This document shows positions 21,239 through 31,119 of a DNA stretch of 64,000 nucleotides, one piece after another. Within the stretch, counting starts at the first letter, position 1, and every line of letters starts with the position of its first letter. The stretch covers positions 256,001-320,000 of the forward strand of contig JAHQWK010000001.1 of NCBI GenBank assembly GCA_029856145.1. Reading direction: 5' to 3'. Both the position numbers and the translations under genes were made by a program. This stretch comes from Promethearchaeia archaeon (GTDB lineage: Archaea > Asgardarchaeota > Lokiarchaeia > Sigyniarchaeales > SOKP01). The notes below the pieces were generated by a model, which did no database searches, was not told the origin of the DNA, and was given only the letters and a program-made list of their open reading frames with translations.

Positions 21239-21446
21239 AACTTTCTCTTACCTCAAACCCTTAAATTCATGTTAATAAAAGTTTAAGAACAATAAATTAA
21301 AAAAACGTCAGAGGCCTTAGATTTTATGGATTTTTACTATGATTTTAGACTGTTATTATTAAATAATCTCATAATATAATTAAATCATGAATTTTTTTAT
21401 CAATTAAAAACCGTTTAAGGAATTTCCAAATTAGGGAACAAATAAA

Positions 21447-22550
21447 ATGAATGATAAATTTTGGTATAAACTTTCACGTGTAATTGTAAAAGCAGGAAAT
21501 ATGCCATTTCCAATAACTGGTACTTTAATCGAATTATTACAGAGTATTATTTCCGAAGAACAGGCCGAATTTATAATTAAAGTCTATAATAGAAAGCCTA
21601 ACATGAATTTTGATGAAATTAGAAATAAATCCGGTTTAGATGACGATTCTTTGATGAAATTGTTGGATGATCTACAATTTAATGGAGTAATAGTAGGTAC
21701 AGAAAGCAAGACAACCGGAATTACTGTTTACCGGTTGCAACCTCCATTTCCTGGATTGTTTGAGTTTCAGCTAATGCGTCCTAAGGAGGGAGAACGTGAA
21801 AAAAGGCTTGCTCGATTATTTGATACGCTATTCGGAGAATGGGGGCAACTAACATCTAAAAACTATGACTCTTTAATTTCTCAGTATAAGAACTTTCCTC
21901 CAATAGATCATGTAGTACCAGTAGAGAAAGAAGTGGATTCTGGGGCAGATATTATTTTATCAAGAGAAGATGTAAAAAAGATCATTGATAAATATGATAA
22001 TATTGCTGTGGCTCTTTGCTATTGTCGTCATGAAAAAGATTTAATTGATGAACCTTGTAAGATAGATGCTCCAAGAGAAAATTGCTTTCTTTTTGGAAAG
22101 ACTGCTAAATTTTGTATTGAAAAGGATTTTGCTAAACCAATAACAAAGGATGAGGCTATAAAGGTTTTACGAGAAGCAGAAGATGCTGGTTTAATACATA
22201 AAGCATTTCATATACACCAAGACCCAGAAAGAGGTTTAGAGGCGATCTGCAATTGTTGTAATTGTTGTTGTGGTATATTTCAATTATTTGACAGAGGAGT
22301 AATGCCATTTTATACAATATCTAATTATCTGGCTGAAGTGAATGAAGATGCCTGTATTGGGTGTGGTACTTGTGAGGAAAAATGTCCAATGCATACCATT
22401 GATATAGAAGATGCTATAGCAGTTGTAAAAGAAGAAAAATGTATTGGGTGTGGTGTGTGTGCTCATCATTGTCCTGAAGAAGCTATACATCTGAAAAGAC
22501 TTGGTTCTAGACACGTTTTTATCCCACCAAAAAAAATTGAAGTAGAATAA
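21447..22550 (+). CDS. 4Fe-4S dicluster-domain protein with N-terminal wHTH-like region
   Basis: CYCRH, CNCCNCCC, CIGCGTCEEKCP, CIGCGVCAHHCP. Confidence 0.9.
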   Translation: MNDKFWYKLSRVIVKAGNMPFPITGTLIELLQSIISEEQAEFIIKVYNRKPNMNFDEIRNKSGLDDDSLMKLLDDLQFNGVIVGTESKTTGITVYRLQPPFPGLFEFQLMRPKEGEREKRLARLFDTLFGEWGQLTSKNYDSLISQYKNFPPIDHVVPVEKEVDSGADIILSREDVKKIIDKYDNIAVALCYCRHEKDLIDEPCKIDAPRENCFLFGKTAKFCIEKDFAKPITKDEAIKVLREAEDAGLIHKAFHIHQDPERGLEAICNCCNCCCGIFQLFDRGVMPFYTISNYLAEVNEDACIGCGTCEEKCPMHTIDIEDAIAVVKEEKCIGCGVCAHHCPEEAIHLKRLGSRHVFIPPKKIEVE

Positions 22551-22585
22551 TTAAAAATAAATTTTTTAAAATCTCATTTTAATAA

Positions 22586-23389
22586 TTGAAGATCCCAAAA
22601 TTGGTTGTACGGATAACGTATCATTGTAATAATGAAGTTCTGGAATGGATGTGGAGTTCAGATAACCCTCTGATGCCTTATCCCTACTGGACATCATGTT
22701 ATCTAGTTGACGGCCTTCTCATTGATTCTGGTGCTCCTGGGGGAGAAAATGATCTTAGAGAATTTGTAAAATCACTCAATCATACTCAATTGATTGAAAA
22801 ATGTTTTATTACACATACACATGAAGATCATGCGGGTGGAGCTCATATATTAGACAATGAATTCGGAATACCGATATACACAAGTAAAAAAGCAATAGTT
22901 CTTTTAAAAAAGGGTAATACATATCCTGAATATCGTCAAATGGCTTGGGGACCAAAATTATTACCTGTTCATGCTAAAATTATTGATGAACCAATTATAA
23001 CAAAATCAAAAAAGTATAAATTTGAATTACTCTCTATGGAAGGACATGCTCCAGAATTAGTTGCTTTAATCGAAAAAAATCAGCAATGGGCTTTTGTAGC
23101 TGATGCTGTAGAGCCAAAATACAAAATGATTTTTGGTAGGAACAGCGATATCCAAGAGGATATCTCACTAATATATCAATCTCTCTCTAAACTATATGAG
23201 TTTCCAGATGGCATGGATAATTTATTAATTTTTTCTGCTGGGAATGGAGTACTACAGGGGAGAGAAATTATAACAAAAAAAATGGAAGAGATTGAAAATT
23301 TACATGTAAAGGTTCATGAATCTCATAAAAAGCTTCAGAAAGAGGGATATTCTGGAAAAAAATTAATAAGAATAATAATAAAAAAATGA
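22586..23389 (+). CDS. MBL-fold metallo-hydrolase
   Basis: LIDSG, THTHEDHAGG, GHAPE, VADA; start codon uncertain. Confidence 0.85.
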   Translation: MKIPKLVVRITYHCNNEVLEWMWSSDNPLMPYPYWTSCYLVDGLLIDSGAPGGENDLREFVKSLNHTQLIEKCFITHTHEDHAGGAHILDNEFGIPIYTSKKAIVLLKKGNTYPEYRQMAWGPKLLPVHAKIIDEPIITKSKKYKFELLSMEGHAPELVALIEKNQQWAFVADAVEPKYKMIFGRNSDIQEDISLIYQSLSKLYEFPDGMDNLLIFSAGNGVLQGREIITKKMEEIENLHVKVHESHKKLQKEGYSGKKLIRIIIKK

Positions 23390-23472
23390 TTAGTAGAAAA
23401 ACAAATCAAGGTTTTTTTAATTAGCTGATCTTTATATTTTGGTCTCATAGATCATCCAGTTGATTTGTTGGG

Positions 23473-24477
23473 CTAAACTAGATTATTTATTATACTTTCA
23501 GAGATGTCTCCGGCATATTCTCCTGTTCTTCTAATACTCTCAATAATATAACCTATTGCAATTGATAATTCTGCACTATTTGTTGTATCAAGGGAAATTT
23601 TTTCTGTAGTTAAAATTAATTCCTTTATTCCTTCTATATTTTCATTTGCTAGTAAAATACTTTTTTGAAGCCATGCATCAAGGCTTTTATCTAACAAATC
23701 TAATGATATCTTGCTAGCATTTAAAAGGTTCTTAATCAATTCTTTGTCAATCTTCTTGTAATCTATTAATAACACATTCTTAGCTATTCTTACAGCATGA
23801 TCTCCTATACGCTCCAAGAATTTACTCATTGAATGATAATGGCTAGCCTGTTCTAAGGTTATCCCCATTTTCTGGCATAATATGATATCTCTCAGCACAA
23901 TATGAGATTGACGACCAATTAACCAAAGTAATCTATCAACATCATTATCTCTCTTTATAACTTCTTTAGCTAAGTCTGTATCACCAGTTTCAAAGGATCT
24001 AATGGCATCAAAATGCATATCATGTGCAAGAATATACATTCTTTTTATGGTTTTCTCAAAAGGCATTTCTGTTGGATTAAGCAAATCTTTAACTACTATG
24101 AAATTATTGGATTCTTCCACAACCTCAGGGCCTATAGCAATTTGAGTAAAATTTATAATGCAGTCTCTTATGAAAGGCTCAAATTTTTTGCTGGATTTAA
24201 TAACGATTTTAGAAAAACCCATAATATACGCTCCAATTAAAATGCGGAATAAATAGTTATCATCCTTGAAATCATCTACAATTATCTCCTTTATTTTGAT
24301 CATTTTTTCAGTATCTATCTGAGGAGTTATAAGTAAATTTCCATCAGGTTGACTAAGGATACCTAATGTATCGTGATTTTTAACACCATGTTTGTCTATC
24401 CATACTTTAGGCAATGAAATTATATAACTTGAACCACCCGTCTTTTGAACTTTTCTTGTTTCTATATGAAATGACAT
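23473..24477 (-). CDS. phoU: Archaeal phosphate-uptake regulator (AbrB-like N-terminus + PhoU domains)
   Basis: ETRKVQKTGGSSYIISLPKVW; DNDVDRL, ERIGDHA, RRTGEYAGDI. Confidence 0.92.
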   Translation of the reverse strand: MSFHIETRKVQKTGGSSYIISLPKVWIDKHGVKNHDTLGILSQPDGNLLITPQIDTEKMIKIKEIIVDDFKDDNYLFRILIGAYIMGFSKIVIKSSKKFEPFIRDCIINFTQIAIGPEVVEESNNFIVVKDLLNPTEMPFEKTIKRMYILAHDMHFDAIRSFETGDTDLAKEVIKRDNDVDRLLWLIGRQSHIVLRDIILCQKMGITLEQASHYHSMSKFLERIGDHAVRIAKNVLLIDYKKIDKELIKNLLNASKISLDLLDKSLDAWLQKSILLANENIEGIKELILTTEKISLDTTNSAELSIAIGYIIESIRRTGEYAGDISESIINNLV

Positions 24478-24519
24478 AATCTAATCCTAATTTTTTTCTA
24501 ATTATATAAAACAAATAAA

Positions 24520-24620
24520 CAATATATTTAAATTCTAATCTATATATTCTATATATTTTCTTCTTCTTTTGCTTATTTTTACTCTATTTTTCTAAAGAAA
24601 TACCGATATTAAATATATAG
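24520..24620. promoter_or_regulatory. C(T/A)ATATATT repeats upstream of phoU (candidate pho-box)
   Basis: CAATATATT at 24520, tandem CTATATATT at 24540 and 24549, inverted copy at 24612-24620. Confidence 0.4.
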
Positions 24621-24698
24621 ATCAGATTTTAATGAATCAGGATAAAGGAATTTCTAGTTAAATCTTATCGATAAATTTGGTTCAAAATTTAAAGTTCT

Positions 24699-25391
24699 TT
24701 AAATTCCTTTTTCACTGGTTAATAAAACCAGTATATAATCTGCGACACCTTCAATTGAATCGGAAATTGCTTCAAGAATATCGAAAATATTACCTGCAGT
24801 AAAGATCGTGAAAAAATTGACATCAAAATGAGTTTCTTGGAGACTTTTTCTGAGTTGTATGTTCAGAAGATCAACTTTATGCTCATATTGATTTATTTGC
24901 TTGGCAATATCTTTCACATTTTTTCTATCTTCTACTAAATCCATGACAATTTTATCCAGGAACTCACCACACTCAACAGTAGTTGTCATAATTTGACTGA
25001 CCAAACTTATAGTTTCCTCACTACATTGTTCCCAAAATTTAATTGGTATTGTAGCAATCCTGCGAGCAACACCAGTACAGCAGTTTGCAACATCATCCAT
25101 CCTCTTAACTAAATGAGATAAATTTTGTCTTATACTGGGATCCAATTCTCCTCTGGAAATATCTTGTTGTATTTTTCTTCTTAGTTTATCTGCTTCCCTT
25201 TCTAGGACATCAACGTTATGAAAAATATCATATGATTTTTCAAGACTTTTTTCTTTAAGAAGCATTTGCAATCCAGTATCTAACTCTCTTACACACTCTT
25301 GTACTTTTTGGGCGTGCTTTATAGTTTTTTCTAATGCATTTAAAGCAGTTTCCCGTTTCAAATATTCAATTAAAGACCCCATTTTTACCAA
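24699..25391 (-). CDS. DUF47 / PhoU-like PiT accessory protein
   Basis: LEREADKLRR, DDVAN, EHKVD, ISDSIEGVAD; adjacent to PiT. Confidence 0.88.
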   Translation of the reverse strand: MVKMGSLIEYLKRETALNALEKTIKHAQKVQECVRELDTGLQMLLKEKSLEKSYDIFHNVDVLEREADKLRRKIQQDISRGELDPSIRQNLSHLVKRMDDVANCCTGVARRIATIPIKFWEQCSEETISLVSQIMTTTVECGEFLDKIVMDLVEDRKNVKDIAKQINQYEHKVDLLNIQLRKSLQETHFDVNFFTIFTAGNIFDILEAISDSIEGVADYILVLLTSEKGI

Positions 25392-25465
25392 TTTTTTTTT
25401 ATTCTACCATTTAATGTCTATTTAGAATATATAGAAATAAATATCTTTTTATTATTAATAATTTA

Positions 25466-26497
25466 TCAAGAAAATCCAAACATACTTAATCCAAAATAGA
25501 TAAAACCGGCTAATACCGCAGCTATTGGAAATGTTAATACCCAATAGATTCCCATCTTTCCTAAGGATTTTTTATCTACTTCTTTTTTCTGCGCTATACT
25601 TAATCCTATTATGCAAAAAACTATAACATGACTATGAGAAATTGGTAAACCGAATAAAGTTGCTATCATCAATATTATCGCTGAACTCGATTGAATAATA
25701 AACCCTTCACTTGGTCGTGAATCAACCATTTGAGACGCTAAATTTCGGATAACATATCTAGCTGCAAAATATATTCCAAGACATGCAAAAATTCCACAAA
25801 TCAAAGTAAAAGTAAAATATTGTGCCAAGTTCAAGAAACCACTATCTAAAAGGCCAAAAAGAATTCCTAAAGCCTCACCGGAATTAGCACCTACCCAAAT
25901 TTCAGCAAATATAACAGAAACAAGCAATAACCATTTAAAATTCTTTTCTGATTTTTCAATTTGATTTAAACCTTTTAATCGAGATAGAAATAATTTTGCC
26001 ATAATCCTAAATAATATAAACGTAATTAATAATCCAAATATCGGTGATAAAAACCAGCTAAGGACCACATTACCTAATTTACCCCAATTTAAAGCAGTTT
26101 CAGGATTAACAGTTCCTTGAAAAAGAGCATAAACAATTAAAACACCAAAAACGCTACCTATTAAAGAATGTGTACTGCTTAATGGGATACCCGCAAAACT
26201 CCCTGCCACCAACCAAATGATACTACTAATTAAAACTGCTAATAACATATACTCAGTATATTGAACACCTTCACCGAGTATATCTGCTCCAACAGTTTTA
26301 GCTACAAATCCCCCACTAAAGAAAATCATCCCACTCCCTAGTGCTATTCCCCCTAACAATAAAGCTATTTTAAATTTCAGAACTCCTGCTCCAACCAATG
26401 CTGACAATGTCTCATCGTTAGCACCAATAGAAAAAGCAAGAGCAATTGCCAATATTATTAAAATTATAACTAAAATAGAGCTTAAGCCATCAGCCAT
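25466..26497 (-). CDS. pit: PiT-family inorganic phosphate transporter
   Basis: GANDE, PLSSTHS, GANS, PISHSH. Confidence 0.92.
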   Translation of the reverse strand: MADGLSSILVIILIILAIALAFSIGANDETLSALVGAGVLKFKIALLLGGIALGSGMIFFSGGFVAKTVGADILGEGVQYTEYMLLAVLISSIIWLVAGSFAGIPLSSTHSLIGSVFGVLIVYALFQGTVNPETALNWGKLGNVVLSWFLSPIFGLLITFILFRIMAKLFLSRLKGLNQIEKSEKNFKWLLLVSVIFAEIWVGANSGEALGILFGLLDSGFLNLAQYFTFTLICGIFACLGIYFAARYVIRNLASQMVDSRPSEGFIIQSSSAIILMIATLFGLPISHSHVIVFCIIGLSIAQKKEVDKKSLGKMGIYWVLTFPIAAVLAGFIYFGLSMFGFS

Positions 26498-26514
26498 ATT
26501 AAATCATGATTTTT

Positions 26515-27177
26515 TTAATCAAAAATCAAATATTTTGTTGCTAAAAATTGAATATACTCTGAGAAGTTTTTAATATGATCAGCCAACATCATAATATCTT
26601 CAAGCAAATCTTTCAAATATATAAATGTCCTAGATAGATAATCCATATCATAATTATAAAGACGATTTAATAGTTGCCATTCTTCACTTCTCATTTTTCT
26701 TCTTTCATCCTTAATTTCTTCACATTTATCATGGGCTTTACTAAGATCAGAACCAATTAATTTAACAGCACTTGCTAATTTGTTAGAGATCATTTTCAAA
26801 GATTTGAGGATGCTTAAAATATGAGATTTAAATATATCATCAGGGAACACAGCCTTATAAAGGAGCATTTTATTTGCTAAAAATTCTCCGATATTTTTAA
26901 TGTCGTTTATTTTCGTAAATAGCTTTAATCGATCAGCTTTAGAGAACATTAATTTTGATTTGAATATTTTAGATTCAAATTTTTTTTTAATTTGAACCTC
27001 AGTATGCGTTTCTATAACGTAATTCATATTATTACGAAATTTATCAAAATCTTCTTTAACAAGAAATTCAATCCCTTCTATAAGTTTTAAATTTTGTTCA
27101 TTTATGTTATCCATGAATAAATGTGTTAATTCATCAATCCCCAGTTTTTTTAGTTCCTTATCCTCAATCTCTCTCAT
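26515..27177 (-). CDS. Divergent DUF47-like protein
   Basis: All-helical; FSKADRLKL, LADHIKNFSE; directly upstream of PiT. Confidence 0.7.
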   Translation of the reverse strand: MREIEDKELKKLGIDELTHLFMDNINEQNLKLIEGIEFLVKEDFDKFRNNMNYVIETHTEVQIKKKFESKIFKSKLMFSKADRLKLFTKINDIKNIGEFLANKMLLYKAVFPDDIFKSHILSILKSLKMISNKLASAVKLIGSDLSKAHDKCEEIKDERRKMRSEEWQLLNRLYNYDMDYLSRTFIYLKDLLEDIMMLADHIKNFSEYIQFLATKYLIFD

Positions 27178-27355
27178 TTTCTTAAAAATTCCATTCTATA
27201 TTGTACAATATATTTCTATTAAGTCTCAATAATTAATTTAATTTTTAGGAATAAATTATTAACTTTAAAATATTTCTTTTTAAGGATAAAAAATTTAATC
27301 CTTGAATAACTTTACTATATACCCTATATAGAGATATATAGCTTAAAATCATTAA

Positions 27356-28930
27356 TTATAATAAACTTTCGCCCATGACACTTTCATGTGGTCTTTTTCC
27401 TAAAAGTTTTAATAATGTTGGAACTATATCAGTGATTTTACAATAGGGAATTTCTTTTTTAGGAATTTCCAGAGACCCCCCTATAATTAGAGGAACTGCC
27501 ATGCATTTCCGTAAACCTATATCATGATCATATAGATTATTACTTTTTTGCTTTCCATGGTGAATTCCAAATTTTATTGTCTCATCATTACATAGGATTA
27601 TATCCGCGCTTCTGGGGTTCTTTAAATGGCGAGGTATTAAATCTGGATGCATAGTATAATCCAAGTGGTATGTAGCTTCTAACCATTCTTGAGTTGAGTG
27701 GAATTTATTATCCAATAATCGACTTGCCATGGTATCATTTGTAAAATTAAAAATATCTGTATTATTATCTTCTGAGATATAACGCGTTTTGTATTCTTTA
27801 CCAATACCTTCATATTCAATCTTTCCTGTTATTATTTTACCTGTGTCTTTAATTTTTCTTTTAAGATGAATTGTACCTTTATTGTATATATTCGTTTCAT
27901 CTCTATAATACATTAAATGGCTTCCATTAATTTTAAATAATTTTTCCAAGATGTTTATTCTTTTTGAACCATAATTCTCAAGTTCTTTAAGAGTAGGGCG
28001 AGTCCAACTATTTTTAATATTTGAATTATTAATACCTTTAAAATAAAAAAATCCTACACTCGCATAATAAGCAAGATCCATATTTCCTCTTAGGTTTTTA
28101 AGAGGATGATAATTGGTTAAACTATTTTTCTTAAAAAAGTTGTTTAAATTTCCAATCTTATTAGCTTTATAATTTCCATGATCTGACGTAATTGCAATAG
28201 CTGTTTCATTTAAATAACCCAATCTCTCTAAATTTTCAATTAATACTCCGATAACTTTATCAATGTGAAGTAAATTCAATTTATAAAGATATGAGTCATA
28301 ACCATACTTATGCATTAATAGATCTGATGACATAAACCATATTGAAGAAGCGATTGGTGCCTCTGAGTTATCAAAAAATTTCTTTGGTTTTTCAAAAACC
28401 TCTATTAATTTTTGTGCAATAACGGAATTGGATCTAATCATCCTCCTTTTTACGCTAGGAAAGTATTTTAAAAAAAGATAAAACATAGTAAGTTTTGTTT
28501 TTCTCTCTGGAAAAATATAATCTGAGCCTCTGTTAATAAATTGAGCTATACTCGCTTTATTACCATCGCCCACCATTTCAAGAATGGTTCTACAATTATT
28601 TCCCATCTCCTCATTTATCTTATAAATTTGTAAGTTTTTAGAAGCGTACTCTCTTAATATGGGTGGAGCCACATCGCGATCCATCCAATTTAAGAGAGGA
28701 ATCCCATGAGACGGTTCTTTCCTAAAATCTCCTGTATAGGTTCCTGTGATTAAAGATACTTGGGTAGGGTATGTAATAGGAGGAAAATCAGTTATACAAT
28801 TTTCGCTATAAACTCCATTCTCCATTAATTTCTTTAGATTAGGAAGTAATCCCTTGTTTATGTAATCAAAGAAGTGTTCCGCTCTAACGTCATCAATGAT
28901 ACAAAGAATTATCCTATTAATCTTGTTTAT
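27356..28930 (-). CDS. Alkaline phosphatase / nucleotide pyrophosphatase superfamily enzyme (extended to probable ATA start)
   Basis: In-frame upstream extension INKINRIILCIIDDVRAEHF..LPNLKKL supplies the first metal-ligand strand; FPPITYP, SDLLMH, TSDHG, DIVPTLL; GGTGA 6 nt before ATA at 28930. Confidence 0.85.
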   Translation of the reverse strand: MNKINRIILCIIDDVRAEHFFDYINKGLLPNLKKLMENGVYSENCITDFPPITYPTQVSLITGTYTGDFRKEPSHGIPLLNWMDRDVAPPILREYASKNLQIYKINEEMGNNCRTILEMVGDGNKASIAQFINRGSDYIFPERKTKLTMFYLFLKYFPSVKRRMIRSNSVIAQKLIEVFEKPKKFFDNSEAPIASSIWFMSSDLLMHKYGYDSYLYKLNLLHIDKVIGVLIENLERLGYLNETAIAITSDHGNYKANKIGNLNNFFKKNSLTNYHPLKNLRGNMDLAYYASVGFFYFKGINNSNIKNSWTRPTLKELENYGSKRINILEKLFKINGSHLMYYRDETNIYNKGTIHLKRKIKDTGKIITGKIEYEGIGKEYKTRYISEDNNTDIFNFTNDTMASRLLDNKFHSTQEWLEATYHLDYTMHPDLIPRHLKNPRSADIILCNDETIKFGIHHGKQKSNNLYDHDIGLRKCMAVPLIIGGSLEIPKKEIPYCKITDIVPTLLKLLGKRPHESVMGESLL

Positions 28931-29128
28931 TAAACTTCACCACGTACTATTCAGTTATATATTTACAAATTCTTTGAACCTAATAAATAATATTGAAAAT
29001 GCTAACTTGAATGACACGTAAATTTTTAGAAAATCTGAGAATCTTAAACTTGAATATTCAGCAAGATTCAAATATTTAATGAAGTTTGTAATATTAATGA
29101 AGTTATAAGGTATTTAAAGTGAATAATA

Positions 29129-30232
29129 TTGAATAGAAAAGAGATTTTTGAGATAATTAAAACGTTTTCATCAGCCAGAGCTCCTTCTGGATTAGAAAAA
29201 GCTCGTGGTGAATTATTTAAGACGGAAATAGAGAAAATTCTTGCTAATAAAGATATCAAAATAAATACTGATTCATTAAGTAACTATTTTGTTAAATTTA
29301 ATGGAAAATCGAGTAAGAAAAATATTGCTATACTAGCTCACTTGGATGAAATTGGAGGAACCATTAGAAAAATAAAAAAGAATGGCACTTTAGAGTTTTC
29401 TAAAAGGGGGGGATATGAAGGTAGATGGCTTGTTTCAAGAAAGGTATCAATTCTAAATAAAGAAGGAAAATGGATTAGTGGAGTCATAGGAGGAAGATCC
29501 CCTCATGCTACCCCTCAGAAATTAAGAGGTGAAGAAAAAGTTGAACCACATGAAATGGAAATATTTATTGGAGCAATAGATAAAGAAGAAGTAATTAATA
29601 CATTTAAAATTCATATCGGTGCGCCATTTGTATTTTCTGGAGAATTTGAACTGTTAAATGAGGTATTTAATGACAATATTATTTCTGGGTATTCAATGGA
29701 TAACTTAGTTGCATTAACAGGACTAATTCTATTAGTAAAAAAAATTGTTAATAATCTTTTAGATGAGTCAGGAAACTTAAAAAAACCATTTGATTTATAC
29801 ATTGTTGCAACCACAAGAGAGGAAATTGGCACTGAAGGCTCTTTATTCTTTGCCAGAAATAATCCTATAGATGAGATTATTGCGTTAGATATAGGACTGG
29901 TTGAAGATTTTCCAGGAACTGTAAGTTCAGATATTAAATTAAATGCTGGACCTGTAATCGTATGGCAAGAAGCGAGTGGTACGGGTGTTTTCGATTATCA
30001 ATTATGTAGAACCTTAGTAAAAGTAGCAGAACAAAACAATATAAAATACCAAGATGGAGTGTTGGAATTTTATGGCTCGGATGCTGGTAAAGTGCAAAAA
30101 TGGTTAGGTATCCCATCAGCTTTAGTTGGAATTCCCACCATGTTTGCTCATAATGTTCCTGAAATTAGTACTTTAAATGGTATTGAAGAAGCAGCGGAAT
30201 TAATTTATCAGTATCTAAAAAATCAAAATTAA
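29129..30232 (+). CDS. M42-family metallo-aminopeptidase
   Basis: AHLDEIG, MDN, REEIG, LDIG, GSDA, AHNVPE. Confidence 0.9.
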   Translation: MNRKEIFEIIKTFSSARAPSGLEKARGELFKTEIEKILANKDIKINTDSLSNYFVKFNGKSSKKNIAILAHLDEIGGTIRKIKKNGTLEFSKRGGYEGRWLVSRKVSILNKEGKWISGVIGGRSPHATPQKLRGEEKVEPHEMEIFIGAIDKEEVINTFKIHIGAPFVFSGEFELLNEVFNDNIISGYSMDNLVALTGLILLVKKIVNNLLDESGNLKKPFDLYIVATTREEIGTEGSLFFARNNPIDEIIALDIGLVEDFPGTVSSDIKLNAGPVIVWQEASGTGVFDYQLCRTLVKVAEQNNIKYQDGVLEFYGSDAGKVQKWLGIPSALVGIPTMFAHNVPEISTLNGIEEAAELIYQYLKNQN

Positions 30233-30258
30233 GAAAAAAAATCTAATATTAATAATAA

Positions 30259-30363
30259 TGGAGCCCCCGGTGGGACTTGAACCCACGACCTGCAGATTAC
30301 AAGTCTGCTGCTATACCGCTTTGCCAAATAAAGCGCTTATCATTATTTTTAAGCCACGGAGGC
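30259..30363 (-). tRNA. trnT: tRNA-Thr(UGU) with encoded CCA and a 30-nt D-loop intron (30320-30349)
   Basis: Acceptor GCCTCCG/CGGGGGC-TCCA; anticodon arm GCAGA-CTTGTAA-TCTGC; T arm GTGGG-TTCAAGT-CCCAC; removing the intron gives a 75-nt tRNA. Confidence 0.92.
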
Positions 30364-30544
30364 AAATATAGATTGAAAATCCCAATATCTATAATTATAT
30401 GAAACTATTATAAATTTTTAATTTTGTGGTTTTAGAACTAATTAAAACATTAAATTGTATCAACACAAATAGTTAAAAGGCTATTTTTCTTTTTGTTAAT
30501 CAATTACCTTATTATTGATTTTATAGTTAATTGGATAAATAAAA

Positions 30545-30568
30545 TAACCTCTGAAATCGCGGAGGTTA
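30545..30568 (+). promoter_or_regulatory. Stem-loop upstream of the 30614 ORF
   Basis: TAACCTCTG-AAATCG-CGGAGGTTA, 9-bp stem with one G-U pair. Confidence 0.35.
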
Positions 30569-30613
30569 GCTAAAATAAAATACTCGGAAAATTAACACCA
30601 CGAGGAAGAAAAA

Positions 30614-30955
30614 ATGACCATTAATAAAGAAGAAATTACAAAATTGGCATTCAAGATATATAAAGAAAATCAGCCTCTTGAGAAGTCTATTTGGAGACTT
30701 GCCGAATTATGCGTCACGATAAATAGAAACGTTAAAAATGGATTTGATATTAAACCGTTGGAAACAGATAATCTAATTCTTTTAATACGAGAGGACGTTG
30801 ATGGTGTATTAATTTCACCTTCTGAAATTGAAATTAGAGAAGTCGCAGAAATTATATTTAATGAAGGTCCGTCAAAAAGCGAGCTGGATTGGTATATAGC
30901 TGAAAAACAACTTCTTTTAGAAGAATTAAAGAAAATTATTGATAATAACAGGTAG
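30614..30955 (+). CDS. Hypothetical protein with two DUF2934-like helical motifs
   Basis: EEITKLAFKIYKE..SIWRLAE and EIREVAEIIFNE..ELDWYIAEKQL; GAGG SD. Confidence 0.7.
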   Translation: MTINKEEITKLAFKIYKENQPLEKSIWRLAELCVTINRNVKNGFDIKPLETDNLILLIREDVDGVLISPSEIEIREVAEIIFNEGPSKSELDWYIAEKQLLLEELKKIIDNNR

Positions 30956-31119
30956 TAGCTGAGTTTCATATATATTAATCGGTTTGTTCTCTTTTCTTTG
31001 TAAAATCATTTTATATTAATTAGTAAATTAAATATTAAAGAAGGACTAGTCGGTATTAAAATAAATATTATACTAATTATTTATAATAGACATTAAGATA
31101 TTATTTTTTATTGGTATTT

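Noticed and set aside
23200-23400. MBL hydrolase as a pseudogene (last His motif reads AGNG, abrupt end)
   Set aside because: The main HxHxDH motif and the frame are intact; cannot be judged without homologues.
30200-30620. tRNA as the attachment site of an integrated element
   Set aside because: No duplicated tRNA end noticed, and the flanks are housekeeping genes.
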